NCBI GenBank assembly: GCA_048405595.1 | Contig: DBFJOT010000010.1 | Location: 71,578-135,577, forward strand | From: Candidatus Onthovivens sp. | GTDB taxonomy: Bacteria > Bacillota_I > Bacilli_A > RFN20 > CAG-826 | Reading direction: 5' to 3' | DNA: 64,000 bases | Part shown: positions 46,395 to 55,287 of the stretch, one piece after another | Position numbering within the stretch: position 1 is the first letter of the stretch | How the letters are laid out: every line of letters starts with the position of its first letter | The notes under the pieces: model-generated | What the model saw: the letters and a program-made list of their open reading frames with translations, nothing else | What the model was told of the DNA's origin: nothing | The model's database searches: none | Position numbers and translations under genes: made by a program

Positions 46395-47282
46395 TTAATT
46401 CCTACTTAATCCAAATAACTTAACAAAGAAATTTGTTTTCTTTTTAACTAACTTTCTATTTTTATATAAAGATAAAATATCTCTTCTTAAATCGCTTACA
46501 GTTTTATAGCGATCATAAAGTTCTTTTGCAGTAGCTTTTTGGATGATTTTATCTACTTCTTTTGGCAATGTTGGTATGACTGAAAGTACACTAGGCATAT
46601 CATCATTGACTTGCATATAGGCAACATCACTCGCTTTTTTGCCATCAAAAGGAACTTGACCGGTTAAAAGTTCATAAAAAGTTATTCCAGCAGCATAAAT
46701 GTCACTTTGAAATGAGCACTTTTTTCCATAAACGAGTTCAGGAGCTAAATATTGAACTGTGCCCATAACTTTTTTGTTTTCGTTTACGTTTAAAGGTGAA
46801 TTAAGTAAAACACTGATTCCAAAATCACTTAATTTAATTGTTCCATCGCTTCCATAATAAATATTTTGAGGTTTAATATCTCTATGAATGATATTTTTTG
46901 AATGAACCTCAATCATTGCATCACATAATTGAAGCATGATTTGACAAGCTTCATTAAGTGTTAAATTCTTTTTATAGTTTAAAGTATCTCTTAAAGTTTG
47001 AGATTTCATATATTCGTTTACGATATAAGGTAAATTATTATGTTCGCCATAATCATAAATTTTGACAATATTATGATGAGAAAAAGCAGCTGAAAATCTC
47101 GCTTCATTTTGGAAGCGAATTAAATTTTCAATTTTATTAGCTTGATCAAACTTAATGATTTTTATAGCCACAGTTCTTTTAAAAATAATGTCTCTGGCTT
47201 CAAAAACATCACTCATTCCGCCATGACCTAATTCGCTAATAATTTTATATCTATCTCCAACGAAATCATTAATTCTAATCAT
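46395..47282 (-). CDS. prkC: Hanks-type Ser/Thr protein kinase (PrkC-like), kinase domain only
   Basis: GHGGMSDVFEA glycine loop, VAIK lysine, HRDIKPQN catalytic loop, DFG, APE. I prefer the ATG at 47282, which overlaps the prpC stop by 8 nt. No TM segment or PASTA repeats follow the kinase domain. Confidence 0.85.
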   Translation of the reverse strand: MIRINDFVGDRYKIISELGHGGMSDVFEARDIIFKRTVAIKIIKFDQANKIENLIRFQNEARFSAAFSHHNIVKIYDYGEHNNLPYIVNEYMKSQTLRDTLNYKKNLTLNEACQIMLQLCDAMIEVHSKNIIHRDIKPQNIYYGSDGTIKLSDFGISVLLNSPLNVNENKKVMGTVQYLAPELVYGKKCSFQSDIYAAGITFYELLTGQVPFDGKKASDVAYMQVNDDMPSVLSVIPTLPKEVDKIIQKATAKELYDRYKTVSDLRRDILSLYKNRKLVKKKTNFFVKLFGLSRN

Positions 47283-48030
47283 TGAAAGACTCCCATAAGG
47301 CGATTGACATATTGTCAGTACCACCATTGTAGTTGCCTAAATTAATAATTGACTCAACTTTTTCTTCGGTGTTAAGTTTTGTTTTTAATACATTTAGAAT
47401 ATCTTTTTCACTAACGTTATTATAAATTCCATCACTACAAAGCAAAACAGTTTCTCCACTATATTTATAAATTTTTACATCTAAACTAAGTGAAGGGAAA
47501 AGACCAATTGCGTTAGTTAAAACGTGTCTTTCTGGATGAACAATCGCTTGTTCTTCATTAATTTGTCCACTTTTAAGTAAAAAATTAACATAAGTTTGGT
47601 CTTCACTTAATTGAACCAATTCATTATTTTTAACCCAATAAGTGCGACTATCGCCACAATTTATAACAACTAATTTATTTTTATAAATAAAAGCAAGTGC
47701 AAGAGTTGTTCCCATGCCTTTATACATAGGATCCTCATCTTGAACACGATAAATTTTACTATTTGCAACTTTTAAAATTCTTTTAAGGAAACCAACAGCA
47801 TTAAATAGACCAAAAAAGCCTTTTTTATCTTTAAAAGCTTGTGAAATGATATTGATAGTTTCTTTAGAGGCATAATCACCTTTATTGTGACCTCCCATTC
47901 CATCAGCAACTAAAAGGAGTACGTTTCCGCTACTATCGACGAGAGCTTTTGTTTCGTCTTCGTTAGCAATACGTACTTTACCAATATCCTTCTTGGCGCT
48001 AAATCTACCATTAAATTTCTTTGTGCTCAT
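47275..48030 (-). CDS. prpC: PP2C-family Ser/Thr phosphatase (PrpC/Stp-like)
   Basis: NEDE, ADGMGGH and CSDG motifs. 251 aa. Paired with the kinase gene. Confidence 0.88.
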   Translation of the reverse strand: MSTKKFNGRFSAKKDIGKVRIANEDETKALVDSSGNVLLLVADGMGGHNKGDYASKETINIISQAFKDKKGFFGLFNAVGFLKRILKVANSKIYRVQDEDPMYKGMGTTLALAFIYKNKLVVINCGDSRTYWVKNNELVQLSEDQTYVNFLLKSGQINEEQAIVHPERHVLTNAIGLFPSLSLDVKIYKYSGETVLLCSDGIYNNVSEKDILNVLKTKLNTEEKVESIINLGNYNGGTDNMSIALWESFND

Positions 48031-49057
48031 TTTTTGCCCTTAATTGCCCGCAAGCAGCATCAATGTCGGTGCCAAATTCTTTTCTGATAGTTGCGGTAAC
48101 CCCATTTTTCATTAAGACATCTAAGAAAGCATGAACATTTTTATCATCACTTCTTTGATATTTCATTTCATTTACTGGATTATACGGAATTAAATTAACA
48201 TAAGCTAATGTTCCTTTAATGAGTTTAGCGAGTTCAAGTGCATTTTCTTTAGAATCATTAACTCCTTTTAATAAAATGTACTCGAAAGTGACTCTTCTAT
48301 TTGCTGTTTTTTCATAATATCTAACAGCTTCCATAACTTCTTCAATAGGATATGTGTGATTAATTCTCATAATCTTATTTCTAATTTCATTATTTGGAGC
48401 GTGAAGAGAAATTGCTAAGTTAATTTGAATGCCTTCTTTAGCATAATCATAAATTTTTGGAACAATACCACAAGTAGAAACTGTGATATGACGTGCACCA
48501 ATTGCAAATCCATAAGGGTGATTTAAAACTTTAATAAAGTCCATTACATTGTCGTAGTTATCAAAAGGTTCACCTGTTCCCATAACAACAACGTGAGTAA
48601 TGCGTTCACCATTTCCTTCAGCTTTTAATAAATCATCAAGAACTAAAATTTGTCCAACTAATTCTTTAACTTCTAAACTTCTTTTCTTTTTGAGTAATCC
48701 ACTAGCACAAAATGAGCAACCCATATTGCATCCAACTTGACTTGTAACACAGGCAACATTTCCATAGTTATAACGCATTAAAACAGTTTCAATTTTGTTA
48801 CCATCTTCAAGTTCTACAAGAAGTTTTATTGTGCCATCTTTTGATTGTTGTTTTAAAAAGATGGATGGTTTTTTAATTTCATATTCAGCGTTTAAAACAT
48901 CTCTAAATTTCTTAGAAACATCACTCATATCGTCGAAGTTATCGACTCTTTTTTCATAAATCCACTTAAAAAGTTGTGTGGCGCGATATTTCTTTTCACC
49001 ACGTTCAATTAAATGTGCTTCAAGCTTTGGTAACGTAAAATTATAGAGACTGATCAT
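48011..49057 (-). CDS. rlmN: 23S rRNA/tRNA adenine-C2 methyltransferase RlmN (radical SAM)
   Basis: CNMGCSFCASG radical-SAM cluster motif and C-terminal DIDAACGQL. 348 aa. Confidence 0.9.
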   Translation of the reverse strand: MISLYNFTLPKLEAHLIERGEKKYRATQLFKWIYEKRVDNFDDMSDVSKKFRDVLNAEYEIKKPSIFLKQQSKDGTIKLLVELEDGNKIETVLMRYNYGNVACVTSQVGCNMGCSFCASGLLKKKRSLEVKELVGQILVLDDLLKAEGNGERITHVVVMGTGEPFDNYDNVMDFIKVLNHPYGFAIGARHITVSTCGIVPKIYDYAKEGIQINLAISLHAPNNEIRNKIMRINHTYPIEEVMEAVRYYEKTANRRVTFEYILLKGVNDSKENALELAKLIKGTLAYVNLIPYNPVNEMKYQRSDDKNVHAFLDVLMKNGVTATIRKEFGTDIDAACGQLRAKNEHKEI

Positions 49058-49060
49058 AAA

Positions 49061-50323
49061 CTACTTTCTTTGCATTATTGCATAATAATAGACACTGTTT
49101 TCTGCTTCATATGGGAAGAAAACTTTGTCACTAATTAAATTGAATTTTCCATTCTTACGAAGGAAATTTTGTACTAAAACAATTGTTTCTTTAATATTGA
49201 AAGTTGGGACAGCATAAACTAAATATCCGTGTTCTTTTACATATTGAGAAACATCATCTAAACCTTCGAATTCATTTTTAATGATTTCATCGAGGTTATT
49301 TGTATCGAATAATAAGCCATATTCAGGAATTCTTCTTAATTGTTCTAAATTGCTTGAATTAGGCATAAATAATACTAAATCTTGAGGATTACTTAAGTGA
49401 GTAATAATTTCTCCACGTGTACTTAAATAAATGTCGAGATTATTAGGGCGTTGTCCTTTTACACGTCCATAAAGTTCTGGGTTATCTTTTTGAACTGGTG
49501 AAAGGATAGAAACTCTATTTGATTCGAGATATTTACTTACAAATGAAGAATAAATTCCATTTCTACCTTCAAAGTATAAAGCAACATCGCCTTTTTGAAT
49601 TTCAGGTAAACTTTTAATCAATTTATATTCAGCTTGTTGAACTGGAAGAATATTTCCGTTTCTAACATTTTGATGTTTTCTAATACTTGAAGTTGAATTG
49701 AATTCTAAGAATGGTCCTTCGATAACACTAAATCCTTCAATAAATTTTGAATCATAATCTTTAGCTGTTAAAGTGTTGATTAAGCCGTATTGTTTTGGCA
49801 TTTTTGTCATTGCGTTTAAAGTTTTGATAGCGCAATCTTTATCATATTGTTTAACTAAAGTTGTAACAACCCATTCAGGTAAGTTATTTCTAGCTGATAA
49901 ATATTTGAATCCGTTTGATCTACTTTTTCCGGAGAAAAGATTTTTTAAATATGCTCTTTTATCCTTAATTGCACTTTCAAATTTCTTACTTCTTTCAGCA
50001 TCTAATTTATATTGATAAAGACTTAATTTATTTTTTGTGTAATTTAATGTTTCTTCAGGGTTGAGAATTTTTTTGATCGCGTTATTGACGTAAGCCAATC
50101 CAAGATAAATTTTAGCTTCAACATCATCTGTTTTAAGAATGTCGATAGAAAGAGCAGTAATGAAATAATAATTTCTTAAGAATAATCCAGATAAAGAAGA
50201 GACATTTTGGAAATCTTCTCTTTTTATTCCGTTGCTGAACTTCTTAAGGGAGACACTAAACATCTCCTTCTCTTTTAAAACATTTTTTAAGACCTTAAAA
50301 CATGAGTCGTAAACGCTATTCAT
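49061..50323 (-). CDS. RsmB/Sun-like protein with degenerate methyltransferase motifs (likely non-catalytic)
   Basis: It occupies the rsmB position upstream of rlmN. By eye the C-terminal half aligns with E. coli RsmB, but VALYFEGRNGIYS replaces LDLCAAPGGKT, LFMPNSSNLEQLRR replaces LLDAPCSATGVIRR, and LVYAVPTF replaces LVYATCSV. I prefer the ATG at 50323 (MNSVYDS...). Confidence 0.6.
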   Translation of the reverse strand: MNSVYDSCFKVLKNVLKEKEMFSVSLKKFSNGIKREDFQNVSSLSGLFLRNYYFITALSIDILKTDDVEAKIYLGLAYVNNAIKKILNPEETLNYTKNKLSLYQYKLDAERSKKFESAIKDKRAYLKNLFSGKSRSNGFKYLSARNNLPEWVVTTLVKQYDKDCAIKTLNAMTKMPKQYGLINTLTAKDYDSKFIEGFSVIEGPFLEFNSTSSIRKHQNVRNGNILPVQQAEYKLIKSLPEIQKGDVALYFEGRNGIYSSFVSKYLESNRVSILSPVQKDNPELYGRVKGQRPNNLDIYLSTRGEIITHLSNPQDLVLFMPNSSNLEQLRRIPEYGLLFDTNNLDEIIKNEFEGLDDVSQYVKEHGYLVYAVPTFNIKETIVLVQNFLRKNGKFNLISDKVFFPYEAENSVYYYAIMQRK

Positions 50324-50327
50324 AAAA

Positions 50328-50807
50328 TTAATCCTCTCCGTTAACTTGTTTATTGAAATCAGCGAAAATATCACCTAAGTAAGGTTCTTCCTCTTCGGAA
50401 GTTTCTTCGCACTCTTCTTCATCGTCATATTCTTCTTCATCAACCATTTCAAACGAATTTTCTTCAGTCATAAATCTAGGTTGTGAATTATCGATAAATT
50501 CATAGCGATTGTCTTGTGAATAATAATAAAATTCAACTGCTAAATTGATGCATGCATCTTTCATGAATTCACGAATTAATTTTACTGCATCGCTTTCAAG
50601 AACTTTAACTTTTAAAGGAGCGTTAACTTTAACTAAAACGTTCCATGTATTTTGTTCTACACCATCATGAATATAAAGACATTCAGGTGCATAAAAATTA
50701 ATCTCATCTTTTGAGACTTCGTATAATGAAGCAATTTTGCTTGTCATTACTTTTGAAATTTGTCTGACTAAATATGGGTCGACACCAATTATTGAGATAG
50801 TTATCAT
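50328..50807 (-). CDS. Hypothetical protein with a strongly acidic C-terminal tail
   Basis: 159 aa. A ~105-aa globular N-terminal part is followed by EEEYDDEEECEETSEEEEPYLGD. I recognised no motif. It lies between priA and the rsmB-like gene. Confidence 0.5.
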   Translation of the reverse strand: MITISIIGVDPYLVRQISKVMTSKIASLYEVSKDEINFYAPECLYIHDGVEQNTWNVLVKVNAPLKVKVLESDAVKLIREFMKDACINLAVEFYYYSQDNRYEFIDNSQPRFMTEENSFEMVDEEEYDDEEECEETSEEEEPYLGDIFADFNKQVNGED

Positions 50808-50915
50808 ATAAATCCTCGTACTTAATAATCATAGATTATTAGAGGGCAAAATTCAATTTTTATTGTGCTAAAATAGCGTTTTTGCGTAGAAAGTTAATAT
50901 GATATTAATCACTTT

Positions 50916-53105
50916 TTAAAAACTATATGGGTTGAAATTTATTTTAATTGAAACATTATAATTCGTTCCATATACATTTAATAACGATTCTATCGTATCT
51001 TTGACAACACTAAGCTTTTTATATTTTATAAAAACTTGCGTGAAATATTGTTTGTTTTTAAATTGGATATATGATGGTCCTTGAATTATAGTATTTTCTA
51101 ATTTTTGAGAATTTAAAAACGCGATTATTTGTTTAGCAAACGCACCTAAAGAAGAGCAATTTTTACAGGTAATATCTAAAGCACAGACACTTGTAAATGG
51201 TGGATTTTGTAATTTTTTTCTCGATAAAATTTCTTTCTCATAAAAAGAATCATAATCTTGTTTTATAGCGCTTTGAATTGCATAATCATCAACAAAAGAA
51301 GTTTGAATAATCGCTTCTCCTCTTTTGTTTTTTCTACCAGCTCTACCAATAGTTTGAGCCAATAAATTAAAAGTCATTTCTTTATTTCTATAATTAGGAT
51401 AATTCAAAATTAAATCAGCATTTATAACGCCAACAAAAGATACATCTTTAAAATCATGACCTTTAGATACAATTTGAGTTCCAATTAATACGTGAGCTTT
51501 CTTTTGGTTAAATTCATTAAGAGCTTTTTCTATTTGTTTACCAGTTTTTACTCTATCACTATCCATTACAATATAAGGAACATTGAAAATTTTCTTAAAT
51601 TCTTCTTCAACTTTTTCAATACCAAAAGAACCAAGTTTAAATTCTTGGCTTGAGCAATCAGGACATATTTTAGGTTTTGTCATTTTATAATCGCAATGAT
51701 GACAAAATAAAACGTTGTTATTTTTATGATAATAAAGAGACAAACCACAATTTGGACATTTGAAAACATATCCACAATGAGTGCAAACTAGATTTTTGCT
51801 ATAGCCTCTGCTATTCATCAAAAGTATGATTTGATCGTTGTTTTTTAACTTTTCACGAATTTTATCGATCATTAAATCACTAAAAGCTTCATAACCTTTT
51901 TGGTAGTTATTTTTATCGCTTTTATTAACGACAAAAACTTCTGGAAGTTCTATATTGTTATATCTATTTTTAAGTTCAACTAATTTAATTTGCCCATTTT
52001 GGGTTTTAGCCATCATCTCAATTGACGGTGTAGCTGATCCGAAAAGAACTTTGACATCTTTATCTTTAGCTCTAATTAAAGCTACTTCTTTAGCGTTATA
52101 TAAAAGAGATTGATCGTCTTGCTTATAAGATTCATCGTGTTCTTCATCAATTATAATGAGACCTAAATTTACATTTGGAGCAAATATCGCACTGCGTGTT
52201 CCAATAACAATTTGAGCTTCTCCGTTTGCAATTTTACGATACTCATCGTATTTTTGAGCACTTGTAAGTGAGGAATTTAAAACAGCAACTCCACAAGTGA
52301 AATAACTTAATACTCTAGAAACCATTAATGGAGTTAAAGCAATTTCAGGAACTAATAAAATTACACTTTTGCCTTTATTAATAGTGTTTTCGATAAGTTT
52401 GAAATAAACTTCAGTTTTACCACTACCCGTAACGCCTTTTAATAAATAAGTCTTATTTACTCCATTAACAATTTCATTAAAAGCGATTTGTTGTTCTTCG
52501 TTTAAAGTGATTTCGTTTTCGTATTCAAAAGTTTTATGAAGGTCATAACGGGTAACTTCATAACTTTTTTTAACAATTACTCCTTCTTCAATTAATGTAT
52601 CAAGTGACTTACTTTTATTAAATTCGGATGTCTTAATTAATGGCCTACCATCGAACTTTTTTAAGATTTTTTGAAAAATCTTGTTGTATAAATTTATATC
52701 AATATTTCCGTTTAATTCATAATAATCTTGGTATTTGATTTTTGGTGCGTTGTATGTTGTATCTTTTGGTGTTAATGATGGTGGAAGCATTGTTTGTAAA
52801 ACACCAATTAATGGATATAAATAATAAGAACTTAAAGTTGTTGCTAACTTCAATAATTCATCATTTAAAATCGGATCTGTATCGATGATTTCATCAATTT
52901 CTTTAATTGTAAAACCATATTCTTTAGAATATTGTTCTTTACTTCCATCATAAAAAGTAACTTCATCAACGAAGCCAACTATTTCTTGATTGCGAAAGTT
53001 AATCGCAACTCTACAGCCTCTTGAAATTTTTACATTAGAAAAATAAACAAATGGTTTGTTTAGGCTATAAATTTTATGTTGTACTAAAATTTTTAGAATA
53101 TACAT
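50916..53105 (-). CDS. priA: Primosomal protein N' (replication restart helicase PriA)
   Basis: Walker A GVTGSGKTEVY, DEEH box and Cys-rich zinc region CTHCGYVFKCPNCGLSLYYH...CHHCDY...CPDC. 729 aa. Confidence 0.92.
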   Translation of the reverse strand: MYILKILVQHKIYSLNKPFVYFSNVKISRGCRVAINFRNQEIVGFVDEVTFYDGSKEQYSKEYGFTIKEIDEIIDTDPILNDELLKLATTLSSYYLYPLIGVLQTMLPPSLTPKDTTYNAPKIKYQDYYELNGNIDINLYNKIFQKILKKFDGRPLIKTSEFNKSKSLDTLIEEGVIVKKSYEVTRYDLHKTFEYENEITLNEEQQIAFNEIVNGVNKTYLLKGVTGSGKTEVYFKLIENTINKGKSVILLVPEIALTPLMVSRVLSYFTCGVAVLNSSLTSAQKYDEYRKIANGEAQIVIGTRSAIFAPNVNLGLIIIDEEHDESYKQDDQSLLYNAKEVALIRAKDKDVKVLFGSATPSIEMMAKTQNGQIKLVELKNRYNNIELPEVFVVNKSDKNNYQKGYEAFSDLMIDKIREKLKNNDQIILLMNSRGYSKNLVCTHCGYVFKCPNCGLSLYYHKNNNVLFCHHCDYKMTKPKICPDCSSQEFKLGSFGIEKVEEEFKKIFNVPYIVMDSDRVKTGKQIEKALNEFNQKKAHVLIGTQIVSKGHDFKDVSFVGVINADLILNYPNYRNKEMTFNLLAQTIGRAGRKNKRGEAIIQTSFVDDYAIQSAIKQDYDSFYEKEILSRKKLQNPPFTSVCALDITCKNCSSLGAFAKQIIAFLNSQKLENTIIQGPSYIQFKNKQYFTQVFIKYKKLSVVKDTIESLLNVYGTNYNVSIKINFNPYSF

Positions 53106-53675
53106 CTACTTAGATGATTTGATGATATTACTGATTTCTTCAGCAGCTTGTTCAGGTGTAACGTTTGTTACTTGATACATATATAAGTTTTGTAAAGCAA
53201 GTTCTTTATTAGCTTTATTAAGTCTCTCTTGAATAACTTCTTCTGATTCGCTTTGTCTACCTCTAATGCGATCTTCTAATTCTTTGAAGTTTGGAGGTAA
53301 AAGAAAAATACTAACGAATCTATCGTCATTTTTTACTTGTTCCATAACTTGGCGAGCGCCGTTTGTCTCGATTTCAAGTAAGACATTTTTGCCTTCGTTT
53401 CTTAATTTTTCGACATAAAATTTAGGGGTTCCATAATAATTGTTTACAAATTTTGCGTATTCTAAAAGTTCTCCGTTTTGAATATTATTTTCAAACTTTT
53501 CTAAAGTAACGAAAAAATAATCTTCTCCGTCTACTTCGCCATTTCTTGGCTTTCTAGTTGTCATAGAAACACTATAAGCGAGATTGAGTGATTCATCTTT
53601 CATTAAAACTTTTCTAACTGTACCTTTGCCGACACCGCTTGGTCCGCTTAAAACTATTAGTAAACCCTTTTTCAT
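53106..53675 (-). CDS. gmk: Guanylate kinase
   Basis: LSGPSGVGKGT P-loop, TTRKPRNGEVDGEDYFF. The ATG at 53675 is preferred over the GTG at 53702. Confidence 0.9.
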   Translation of the reverse strand: MKKGLLIVLSGPSGVGKGTVRKVLMKDESLNLAYSVSMTTRKPRNGEVDGEDYFFVTLEKFENNIQNGELLEYAKFVNNYYGTPKFYVEKLRNEGKNVLLEIETNGARQVMEQVKNDDRFVSIFLLPPNFKELEDRIRGRQSESEEVIQERLNKANKELALQNLYMYQVTNVTPEQAAEEISNIIKSSK

Positions 53676-53907
53676 AATGTGTAAATTATAAATTTTTAAC
53701 ACTTTAGATTCAACACAAAAGACATCATTTTGCCTTAATGTTGCAAAAAATGGCTTTTTATCGATGTTTTTAGCCTTAATATAGCTTTTTATGTGTAAAA
53801 ACTAATACTAATTTTATGCATTGATTTGCGAATATTCTAGGTGAATATTCATTTATATTTCACAGGCTTTTAATGATTTATTACTCGTTTTAATATAAAA
53901 TTATCTC

Positions 53908-55287
53908 ATGCTTATTATCGAACACTTAGAAAATATTGTAAAAGAAATTAACGAAACTTTAAAAGGTAGTTACTTAAATCGCATTGAATCATTTAATGAT
54001 TATGATTATGTATTTAGATTTTCAAGATCTAAAGCTCCTGCTATTTTTATAACTTTAAACGTTAAGAATCCTTTTGTTTCTTTAATTAAGACAAAATTTA
54101 ATTTTGGAACAATCAACCCTTTTTATACCCGTTTAAAGACAAAATTATTAAACTCATGTTTAATTGGAGCATCTACTTTTAATGGTGATAATATTTTAAA
54201 ATTAGATTTTATTAAAACTACTGATACATACGATAAAATTCATTACTCTTTAATATTCGAAATCTTTAAATCAAACGGAAATTTAATCTTATTAAACGAT
54301 AATAAAATCGAAGACGCTTTTCGTTTTAAAGGAATCGATACGCATCATCCAATTTTAAGAAATATGATTTATGAAGCACCAAATAAAGTTGCTTCATCAA
54401 AAGAACTTTTAGAAAAAGATTTAATTATTCAACAAAATTATATCGATTCCATCGAACAAAATTATCTTTCTAACAAATATAAAATGGTTAAAGTTGAACT
54501 AAAACGTAAGCTTAAATCCCTAAATAAAAAGTTAGAGAAAATTAAATGCGACAAAGAAGAAGCTACAAAAAAACTTGAATATAGAAATTACGCTGATTAT
54601 TTTTTAACAATCATGAACGAAATCAATCGAGGTGATGAAACTTTCGATTATTTTGGAACACCAGTAAAAATCAATGTCACTTTTTCTCCAAGTGAAAATT
54701 TAAATCAGTTATATAAAATTTATAAAAAGGCAAAACTTACAATTCAATCAACCGAAGAATATATTCTAAAAAGCGAAGATGAAATTTCTTACATCGAAAG
54801 CGTTTTAGCTACTTTAGATTATTTAAACGAAAATGATTACGAAGAATTGATTAGTGAATTATTAGATAAAAAATTAATAAAAGCTAAAGGACCACGTAAA
54901 ATTAAAAATTTAAAGAATGCTCAAATGCCTTATTTTGTTGTTCATGAAAATGTTCGTATTGGATTTGGAAAAAACAGTAAACAAAATTCTACTTTAACTT
55001 TTAGTTACGCTAATAAAGATGATTACTTTTTGCACGTTAAAAATAATCATGGTAATCACGTAATAATTTTTAATTCAAATCCAAGCGATGAAGTTATAAA
55101 ATTTGCACTTCAATTTTGTGTCTATTTGTCAAAAAAGACCGATGCAGAGGTCATTTTTGCGAAAGTTAGAACAATAAAAAAAGGTAAAGACGAGGGCTTA
55201 GTTAAATTAAGCCAATACGAGTCTTATACCATTAAAAACTTTGATTATAACTTTGATGAAATTATTAAATCAGCTACTCGCTTTTAG
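53908..55287 (+). CDS. NFACT-family protein (RqcH/FbpA-like ribosome quality-control factor), short form
   Basis: NFACT-N-like N-terminus, a central K/E-rich coiled coil, and a C-terminal NFACT-R/DUF814-like motif DDYFLHVKNNHGNHVIIF. It is adjacent to and divergent from gmk. In my recollection the Bacillus yloA region also holds rqcH and gmk. 459 aa. Confidence 0.6.
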   Translation: MLIIEHLENIVKEINETLKGSYLNRIESFNDYDYVFRFSRSKAPAIFITLNVKNPFVSLIKTKFNFGTINPFYTRLKTKLLNSCLIGASTFNGDNILKLDFIKTTDTYDKIHYSLIFEIFKSNGNLILLNDNKIEDAFRFKGIDTHHPILRNMIYEAPNKVASSKELLEKDLIIQQNYIDSIEQNYLSNKYKMVKVELKRKLKSLNKKLEKIKCDKEEATKKLEYRNYADYFLTIMNEINRGDETFDYFGTPVKINVTFSPSENLNQLYKIYKKAKLTIQSTEEYILKSEDEISYIESVLATLDYLNENDYEELISELLDKKLIKAKGPRKIKNLKNAQMPYFVVHENVRIGFGKNSKQNSTLTFSYANKDDYFLHVKNNHGNHVIIFNSNPSDEVIKFALQFCVYLSKKTDAEVIFAKVRTIKKGKDEGLVKLSQYESYTIKNFDYNFDEIIKSATRF

